In this document: positions 57,546-64,000 of the stretch, piece after piece
Numbering within the stretch: the first letter of the stretch is position 1
Layout of the letters: each line of letters starts with the position of its first letter
Assembly (NCBI GenBank): GCA_040081625.1
Contig: JBEBGD010000013.1
Location: 1 to 64,000, forward strand
DNA from: Chthoniobacteraceae bacterium
Lineage (GTDB): Bacteria; Verrucomicrobiota; Verrucomicrobiia; Chthoniobacterales; Chthoniobacteraceae
Length of the DNA: 64,000 nucleotides
Direction: 5' to 3'
Notes under the pieces: model-generated
Databases searched by the model: none
What the model saw: the letters and a program-made list of their open reading frames with translations, nothing else
Told to the model about the DNA's origin: nothing
Program-made: the position numbers and the translations under genes

Positions 57546-59849
57546 TCACTCATGCAGTCCTCTTTCCTCGCCGATAATTTGCACTTCGGTCTCGAGCCGG
57601 ATGCCGCGCTGCGCGAGCGCCGTGGCCTTGATGCGATCGATCAGCGCGAGCACATCCGCGGCGGTCCCGTGCTGGTCGTTCACGATGAAATTTCCGTGAA
57701 CCTCGCTGACTTTCACGCCGCCCACGCGCGTGCCCTTGAGAGCGAGCTCGTCGATGAGCCTGCCCGCCGGGCAAGCCTCCGGGTTTTTGAAAATGCAGCC
57801 CGCGCTCGACTCCCTCGGCTGAGATGTGCGGCGCTTTTGCATCGATTCCGCGAGCTTGCGCTCGATCTCCTCCGCCGTGCCCGGCGTGCCGGCGAACGTC
57901 GCCGAGATCGCGTAGGTTTCCTCCAGCGTGCCGCAGTGCCGGTAGCGCACATCCATCTCCGTCGGCGTCTTCATGTGAAAATCACCGTGCGCGTCGATGA
58001 AGCGCACGCTCACGACCTGCCGGAATGTTTCGCCGCCCATCGCGCCGGCATTCATCCGCAGCGCACCACCGACATCGCCGGGGATTCCCTCGAACCACTC
58101 GAAGCCACCGAGCTGCGCGTCGCGCGCCGCGTAGGCGAGTTCCTTTTGCTTCACTCCCGCGCCGGCGGTGATGTGTCCGTCGCGCACCTCGATTTTTTTG
58201 AATTCACCGCGAGCCAGATGCACGACCACGCCGCGAATGCCGCCGTCGCGCACGAGCAGGTTCGACCCCCGGCCGATGATGAAAAGCGGAATGCCACGCA
58301 AGTTGGTGAACTTCACGAGCCGCGCGAAACCTTCCTCCGTCTCCGGCTCCGCCCAAAACTGCGCCGGGCCGCCGACTCGCATCGTCGTGTGCTTCGCGAG
58401 CGGTTCGTAGAGCTTCACGACGCCGGAGCCCATCGCGGACTGTAGTTCATCGAGCAGCGTCGCGTCAGTCGCGAGCGCGGTGCCCGCTTCGTGGATGTTG
58501 CCGGCGCCGAGGCTGATCACGCAATCACCCGGCTCAAGCCGCCGCCCGAGATCGAGCGCGATCTTTTTCCGGTCGGGCTGAAAGCTGATGTCCTCGTGGC
58601 CTTCGCGCACGGCTTCATCGACGATCGTCTGCCCGCTCACTCCGGGAATTGGCGGTTCGCTCGCTGGATAGACGTCGGCCACGACAACAATGTCCGCGTC
58701 GTGGAAGGCGCGACCGAACTCCTCCTTCAGCTTCAGCGTGCGCGTGTAGCGGTGCGGCTGGAACATGCAGAGCACGCGACGGCGGCCGGTGTTTTTTGCC
58801 GTGGCAAGCGTCGCGCGGATTTCGCTCGGATGATGGGCGTAGTCGTCCACGAACATGAATCGCTCGCTGCGGTATTTGATCTCGAAGCGCCGCCGTGCGC
58901 CGCGGAATGACTCGAGCGCCCCGGCGATTTTTGCAAACTCCACGCCGAGCTCGGTCGCGAGCGCCACGACGGCGAGCGCGTTGCTCACGTTGTGGCGACC
59001 CGGAACATTCAGCGTGATCGCGCCAAGCGGCTCGCCGTCGCGCAGCACGCGAAAGCTCGACTGAAAATCCTTCGCGTGCAGATCGTCGAAGCGATACCGC
59101 GCCGCGTGGCTTTCGCCGTAGCCGATCGCGCCGGGATGCGAGGCACATACGCGCACCGCACCTTCGTCGTCGGCGCAATAGATGACCATGCCGCGCGTCT
59201 GCGAGCAGAGCTGGCGATAGACCGCGTCGATCGCGTCGAGGTTCTCGTAGTAGTCGAGATGCTCCTCTTCGATGTTCAAGACGATCGCATGCTCGGGGCG
59301 ATACAGCGCCAGCGTCCCATCGCTCTCATCGCCCTCAGCCACGAGGTATTCGCCCTCGGGATCCCACAGCGCGTTCGTCCCGAGGATCGGAATCTCTGCG
59401 CCGACATAGTGCGACGGATGCAGTCCGCCCGCGCGGAGCACGTGTGCGCTCATCGCGGAGGTTGTCGTCTTCCCGTGCATCCCGCAGACCACGATGCCCT
59501 TCTTCGCAGCCATCACCGCCGCGAGCGCGTCGGCGCGGCGCGCGAGGCTGCGCCCGGTGCGCAGCGCCTCGTCGTATTCCACGTTCCCAGGCCGGATCGC
59601 CGACGAAAAGATGACGAGGCCCGCGTCGGCCACGTTTTCGGCGTCGTGCCCGTGGTGAAATCGCAATCCGAGTGATTGGAGCCGCGCGGTCTCGACCGTG
59701 CCCACCCGGTCCGAGCCGCTGACCTGGTGCCCGAGCGCGAGCAACATCCCGGCGATCCCGCTCATACCCGAGCCGGCGACGCCGATGAGGTGAATCTTTT
59801 GTTCACCTGCCACCAGGATGTCCGCGAGGATTTGTCCGGTGTCCTTCAT
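57546..59849 (-). CDS. murC: Fused UDP-N-acetylmuramate--L-alanine ligase / UDP-N-acetylenolpyruvoylglucosamine reductase (MurC-MurB)
   Basis: MurC motifs GVAGSGMSG, GMHGKTTT, EGDESDG, DDYAHHPSE, then MurB motifs HTTMRVGGPA, GSNLL, GIPG.VGGALRMNAGA, SAGCIFKNP, HGNFIVN in one frame. Confidence 0.93.
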   Translation of the reverse strand: MKDTGQILADILVAGEQKIHLIGVAGSGMSGIAGMLLALGHQVSGSDRVGTVETARLQSLGLRFHHGHDAENVADAGLVIFSSAIRPGNVEYDEALRTGRSLARRADALAAVMAAKKGIVVCGMHGKTTTSAMSAHVLRAGGLHPSHYVGAEIPILGTNALWDPEGEYLVAEGDESDGTLALYRPEHAIVLNIEEEHLDYYENLDAIDAVYRQLCSQTRGMVIYCADDEGAVRVCASHPGAIGYGESHAARYRFDDLHAKDFQSSFRVLRDGEPLGAITLNVPGRHNVSNALAVVALATELGVEFAKIAGALESFRGARRRFEIKYRSERFMFVDDYAHHPSEIRATLATAKNTGRRRVLCMFQPHRYTRTLKLKEEFGRAFHDADIVVVADVYPASEPPIPGVSGQTIVDEAVREGHEDISFQPDRKKIALDLGRRLEPGDCVISLGAGNIHEAGTALATDATLLDELQSAMGSGVVKLYEPLAKHTTMRVGGPAQFWAEPETEEGFARLVKFTNLRGIPLFIIGRGSNLLVRDGGIRGVVVHLARGEFKKIEVRDGHITAGAGVKQKELAYAARDAQLGGFEWFEGIPGDVGGALRMNAGAMGGETFRQVVSVRFIDAHGDFHMKTPTEMDVRYRHCGTLEETYAISATFAGTPGTAEEIERKLAESMQKRRTSQPRESSAGCIFKNPEACPAGRLIDELALKGTRVGGVKVSEVHGNFIVNDQHGTAADVLALIDRIKATALAQRGIRLETEVQIIGEERGLHE

Positions 59850-60931
59850 GGGTCGGCGCGGGAAAGGATGACCTCGGCCACGCGCTCCGCCGCATCACGC
59901 GGCGCAAGCGCTGCTGCGCGCGCGGACATCTCCGCCAGTCGTGACGGATCATCGAGCAACGAGCGGATTCTCTGCGCGAGCGTATCGGCGGATGTCTCCC
60001 TCTCGGGCAGCATCACCGCCGCGGCAGCCCGCTCGAAGATTCGCGCGTTAGCCGTCTGGTGATCCTCCGCCGCAAACGGATACGGGATGAGGATCGATGG
60101 CAGTGCGTAGTGCGAAAGCTCCGTGAGACTCGCCGCGCCGCTGCGCGCGATTGCAAAATCCGCGACGCTGTAAGCGCGCTCCATCTCGCGAAAGAATGCC
60201 GCGACGAATGCGGGGATGCCGGCAGTTGCGTAGGCGTCGCGCATCATCGCTTCGTCCCGCTGCCCGGCGAGGTGGATCACTTGCAGGTTTGCCCCGCGGA
60301 GCGCCGGCAGCGCGCCGGCCAGCGCGACATTGATCCCGTGCGCACCCTGGCTTCCACCCATCACGAGCAGCGTCTTCCGCGCAGGATCGAAGCCGAATGA
60401 GGCACACGCCTCGCCGCGATCGATGCGCCGGAGTGAACCGCGCACCGGCGTGCCCGTGGCGATCGAGTCCGCTCCCGCAAAGTGTTGCGCGCACTCCGCG
60501 AAGCCGAGCAGCACCGCGCTGCAAAAACGAGCGTTGAGCTTGTTCGACTTGCCGGGAATCGCGTTCGACTCGTGGACGAAGGTCGGCACCTTGCGCTTCC
60601 GCCCCGCGAGGATCGGCGCGAGCGATGTGAAGCCGCCCATGCCGAGCACCGCACGCGGATTGAATGCTGCGAAGAGGGCGCGGCACTGCCGGAGGCCGGC
60701 GTAGAATTTCAGCGCGAACTTCAGCAGAGCCACGGGCGACTTCCCCTGCAGACCCACGCCCGCCACCCTCTCGACGCGAAACTCCGCGCGCCCTTGCGTC
60801 GCGATCGAATCGATTTCCTTTTCCGAGACGATGAGCATGACGTCGTGACCGCGCGCCCGCAGCACCTCACCCACGGCAAGGCCGGGAAACAAGTGTCCGC
60901 CAGTTCCTCCAGCTGCGATCGCGAAGTTCAT
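59846..60931 (-). CDS. murG: Undecaprenyl-PP-MurNAc-pentapeptide GlcNAc transferase
   Basis: GGTGGHLFPG, HESNAIPG, GGSQGA, RSGA, DHQTANA. Confidence 0.96.
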   Translation of the reverse strand: MNFAIAAGGTGGHLFPGLAVGEVLRARGHDVMLIVSEKEIDSIATQGRAEFRVERVAGVGLQGKSPVALLKFALKFYAGLRQCRALFAAFNPRAVLGMGGFTSLAPILAGRKRKVPTFVHESNAIPGKSNKLNARFCSAVLLGFAECAQHFAGADSIATGTPVRGSLRRIDRGEACASFGFDPARKTLLVMGGSQGAHGINVALAGALPALRGANLQVIHLAGQRDEAMMRDAYATAGIPAFVAAFFREMERAYSVADFAIARSGAASLTELSHYALPSILIPYPFAAEDHQTANARIFERAAAAVMLPERETSADTLAQRIRSLLDDPSRLAEMSARAAALAPRDAAERVAEVILSRADP

Positions 60932-60938
60932 CGTGCTC

Positions 60939-62096
60939 TCAGATTCGCACCCCGGGGCGCCTGGCGCCTGTGCGCGCGGCGAGCACGGTCTTGCGCGCGA
61001 CCTCCTTCACGGTCAGGCCCTGGCGGTAGATGTTGATGAGGATGCCGATGGAAAGCAGGCAGAAGGCGAGGTTCGATCCGCCATAGCTCACGAACGGCAG
61101 CGGCAGGCCCTTGTTCGGAAGCAGCGCGGTGTTCACGCCGATGTTCACAGCGGCTTGCAGCGCGATCACCATCACCAGGCCGAAGCCGAGCAACATCCCG
61201 AACCGGTCGCGCGAGTTCATCGCGATGAGCACGCCGCAGAGGATCATCACGAGATAGCACGCGACGATGAGCAGCGTGAAGCGCACTCCGAGTTCCTCGC
61301 CGATGATTGAGAAGATGAAATCGGTGTGCGCCTCGGGGAGATAGGCGAGCTTCTGCCGGCTGTTGCCGAGACCCAGCCCATCGATGCCGCCGGAACCGAA
61401 CGCGATGAGCGCCTGATACTGCTGCAAGCCGACGCCGAGCTTGTATTTCTCGAGATCGAGAAAGGCGAGCAGCCGCCACAGCCGCTGCTGCATGTGCGTC
61501 GCGGCGTAGTAGCCGGCGGCGAGGCTTGCGATGATGACCGGCGCAATGATCGACATGCGCACCCCGGCGAGGAACATGATCGCGAGCACGGTCGCGCCGA
61601 TAAGCGCCGTCGCACCCATGTCCACTTCGGGCAGGATCAACATCAGCGGCAGCGCCGCGATCCCAGCCGGCATGACGAAGCCGCGCATGAAGCTCGTCGC
61701 CTCCACATCCTTGCGCGAATACCACGCGGCCAGCGCGCAGATCGTCGCGACCTTTGCAAATTCGCTCGGCTGAAACGACGACACGCCGAGATCCAGCCAG
61801 CGACTCGATCCATTGATGCGCAGCCCGATGCCCGGCGCGAAGCACAACGCCAGCAGCACGAGCGAGGCGCCGAACCACCACTTCCATCGCTTGCCCCAGA
61901 AATGGTAATCAACATTGGTCGCAACGATCAGCCCAGCGAGGCCGATGGCGAGCCAGACGAATTGCCGCTTGATGAAATAGTTCGGATCGCCGCGGTGATC
62001 GAGTGCGAAGGCGCTCGTGGAAAACAGCATTACGCATCCGATCACGATCAGCAGGCCGACCGCGGCCAGGAGGAAATAGACGCTCTTGCGGTGCAT
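60939..62096 (-). CDS. ftsW: SEDS peptidoglycan polymerase FtsW
   Basis: NGSSRW, FQPSEFAK, YLPEAHTDFIF, PNKGLPLPFVSYGGS. Confidence 0.95.
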   Translation of the reverse strand: MHRKSVYFLLAAVGLLIVIGCVMLFSTSAFALDHRGDPNYFIKRQFVWLAIGLAGLIVATNVDYHFWGKRWKWWFGASLVLLALCFAPGIGLRINGSSRWLDLGVSSFQPSEFAKVATICALAAWYSRKDVEATSFMRGFVMPAGIAALPLMLILPEVDMGATALIGATVLAIMFLAGVRMSIIAPVIIASLAAGYYAATHMQQRLWRLLAFLDLEKYKLGVGLQQYQALIAFGSGGIDGLGLGNSRQKLAYLPEAHTDFIFSIIGEELGVRFTLLIVACYLVMILCGVLIAMNSRDRFGMLLGFGLVMVIALQAAVNIGVNTALLPNKGLPLPFVSYGGSNLAFCLLSIGILINIYRQGLTVKEVARKTVLAARTGARRPGVRI

Positions 62097-62111
62097 CGCT
62101 TCGGGGCCGGG

Positions 62112-62855
62112 TTATCGCTTCGTGGGGATTTTCAGCGTCTGTCCGATCTGAAGCTTATCGGGAGTCTTGAGCCGGTTGAGCGCGACGATGTCCTCCGGCG
62201 TGACTCCGAATTTCTTCGCGATGAAGATCAAGCGATCGCCGCTCTTCACGGTGTAGGAGCGCGGGGCGGGCCTTGTTTCGGCTGGCTCGACAGGCTTGGC
62301 CGGTGCGACGGCCGGGGCCTCCGCGGCGGGTGCCGTTGCCGCCGGCAGGTTGAGAGACTGCCCGGTGCGGATCGCGTCGCCGCTCATCGCGTTCGCAGCT
62401 TTCAACTCGGCGACCGTGACGCTGGCGCTCTTCGCGATGGAGATCAGCGTGTCACCCGCTTTCACATTGTGAATGCGCGACTTCTGCGCCGGAGCGACCT
62501 GCGCGGCAGGCGCCGCGATCGCGGTCTTCTCGACTTTCGGCGGCGCGGCCGGAGTGATCGCGGCGGGTTTTCCGGTGGCGGTTTTCGTTTTGGCCGGTTC
62601 CGCAGGAACGGGCGCGCCGTCTCCGCGCGACGCCTTGATCTGGTTGAACGCGTAGATGCCACCGACGAGGACGACGTGCATGATCAGCACGACGATGAAG
62701 GCGCTCGTCAGCTTAGTCTGCGGTTCCTCATCCGGGTAATTGTCTGCGGTGGCTGTGTTCGATGCGCGAAGGCGCGCCTCGAGTTTCTGCGGCGTCTCCT
62801 TGCGGATGCGCGGCATTTTGAATTTCGGGAACTTGGGAATGCGGGGCAGTTTCAT
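62112..62855 (-). CDS. Membrane-anchored double-LysM protein
   Basis: One TM, Ala/Pro linkers, LysM repeats HNVKAGDTLISIAK and YTVKSGDRL..IAKKFGVT. Confidence 0.88.
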   Translation of the reverse strand: MKLPRIPKFPKFKMPRIRKETPQKLEARLRASNTATADNYPDEEPQTKLTSAFIVVLIMHVVLVGGIYAFNQIKASRGDGAPVPAEPAKTKTATGKPAAITPAAPPKVEKTAIAAPAAQVAPAQKSRIHNVKAGDTLISIAKSASVTVAELKAANAMSGDAIRTGQSLNLPAATAPAAEAPAVAPAKPVEPAETRPAPRSYTVKSGDRLIFIAKKFGVTPEDIVALNRLKTPDKLQIGQTLKIPTKR

Positions 62856-64000
62856 GGTTGGTTTGGACTCAGTGCTTGCACGAGGGCGCGGAATTGGTTG
62901 CCGCGCTCAGCGTAGTTTTTGAACATGTCGAACGAAGAGGTGCCGGGGCTGAAGAGAACGATGTCGCCGGGCTGCGCGTGCTCGCGCGCGAGTTCGACGG
63001 CGCGAGCGAGCGAGCGGGCGGCATTATGCACCGGAAGCCGGTCGCGCCAAAGCGCCTCGATGCGATCCGCCATCTCGCCGAGTGTGACCACGCACCGACA
63101 CCGCTGCGCGACGACGTCGGTGAGCAGCGAATACTCGAAGCCCTTGTCCTTGCCGCCGGCGATGAGCACGACGGGGCGCGTTTCACCGAGCAGCGCTTTC
63201 TCGACGGAGTCAGGGTTCGTTCCTTTCGAGTCGTTCACCCACTCGACGCCATCGAGCACGCGGATCGGCTCGCAGCGATGCGGCAGCGGCTTGTAGGCGC
63301 AGATCGGCGCGCACATCGCCGCAAACTCAAGGCCCCACGCGCGCCCGACACCGAGCGAGGCCATCACATTCTCCGCATTGTGCGCGCCGCGAAGCTGTGT
63401 GTCGCGCATCGCGAGCACCGGGACATCGTGGTGATGGACCACGCCATCGCGCAGGTCGAAGTCGCCGCCGCGCGCGAACGCGCTGAAGGTGATTCTCTTC
63501 GCGCGCAGCTCGGGAAGCTTGTCGCGGAAATTTACCACGGCCCAGTCGTCCGCCGTTTGGTTTTCGAAGATGCGGATCTTCGCGGCGTAGTATTCGTCCA
63601 TCGAGTGGTAGCGGTCGAGATGGTCGGCCGCGAAGCCGAGCCAAACCGCGATGTTCGCGCGGAACTGGCGGATCGCCTCGAGCTGGAATGAGCTGATCTC
63701 GAGCGTCATCACGTCGAGTGCCGAACTCTCGCGCACGCGCGCGGAAAACGCCGGCCCGATGTTGCCGGCGGCGGCGGTCTTCACTCCGCAACCGAGCAGC
63801 ACCTGCTCGACGAGCTGAGTCGTGGTGGTCTTTCCGTTTGTGCCGGTGATGCCGATGATCGGGCAGTGGCACATCTCGTAGGCGAGCTCGAGTTCGCCGA
63901 TCATGTCGATGCGGCGCTTGATGAAGTGCTGCACGAGTGGCACGGCGGGATCGATGCCGGGACTCAGGATTGCGCGATCGAAGTGCTCGTGCTCCGCCGC
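62852..64000 (-). CDS. murD: UDP-MurNAc-L-Ala--D-glutamate ligase (5' end outside window)
   Basis: Frame open to the window edge (ILSPGI); GITGTNGKTTT, EISSFQLE, DHLDRY, NDSKGTN, FSPGTSSFDMF.NY.ERG. Confidence 0.95.
   Translation of the reverse strand, partial: AAEHEHFDRAILSPGIDPAVPLVQHFIKRRIDMIGELELAYEMCHCPIIGITGTNGKTTTTQLVEQVLLGCGVKTAAAGNIGPAFSARVRESSALDVMTLEISSFQLEAIRQFRANIAVWLGFAADHLDRYHSMDEYYAAKIRIFENQTADDWAVVNFRDKLPELRAKRITFSAFARGGDFDLRDGVVHHHDVPVLAMRDTQLRGAHNAENVMASLGVGRAWGLEFAAMCAPICAYKPLPHRCEPIRVLDGVEWVNDSKGTNPDSVEKALLGETRPVVLIAGGKDKGFEYSLLTDVVAQRCRCVVTLGEMADRIEALWRDRLPVHNAARSLARAVELAREHAQPGDIVLFSPGTSSFDMFKNYAERGNQFRALVQALSPNQP

Overview
High-GC bacterial chromosomal window. Gene content points to Verrucomicrobiota, probably Chthoniobacterales-like: a Verru_Chthon cassette D-type protein, a murC-murB fusion and a LysM gene inside the dcw cluster. 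Housekeeping blocks are glnD-pgi, sucB, grpE-dnaJ-rsmE, rplM-rpsI-lepA, rpsN, kdgK and the dcw cluster murD-LysM-ftsW-murG-murC/B-ddl-ftsQ-ftsA-ftsZ. Accessory blocks of note: (i) a three-gene export operon (MFP, PqqD-like/M50 protease/MFP fusion, TolC) with no ABC or RND pump; (ii) a MoxR-DUF58-DUF4350-DUF4129 operon headed by B-box-like zinc-finger membrane proteins and divergent from GYF_2-Yip1 and DUF2752 genes; (iii) a REP-associated tyrosine transposase (RAYT) flanked by three GTAG REP hairpins; (iv) a mosaic ~1670 aa secreted alpha/beta-hydrolase; (v) a secreted lysyl-oxidase-family protein with PA14/PKD/lectin-like modules; (vi) a class III cyclase-STAND ATPase-TPR protein. FtsZ has a degenerate GTPase T7 loop. 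No rRNA, tRNA or CRISPR array was seen. All family calls come from motif recognition by eye, not database searches, and several start codons were re-chosen by hand.
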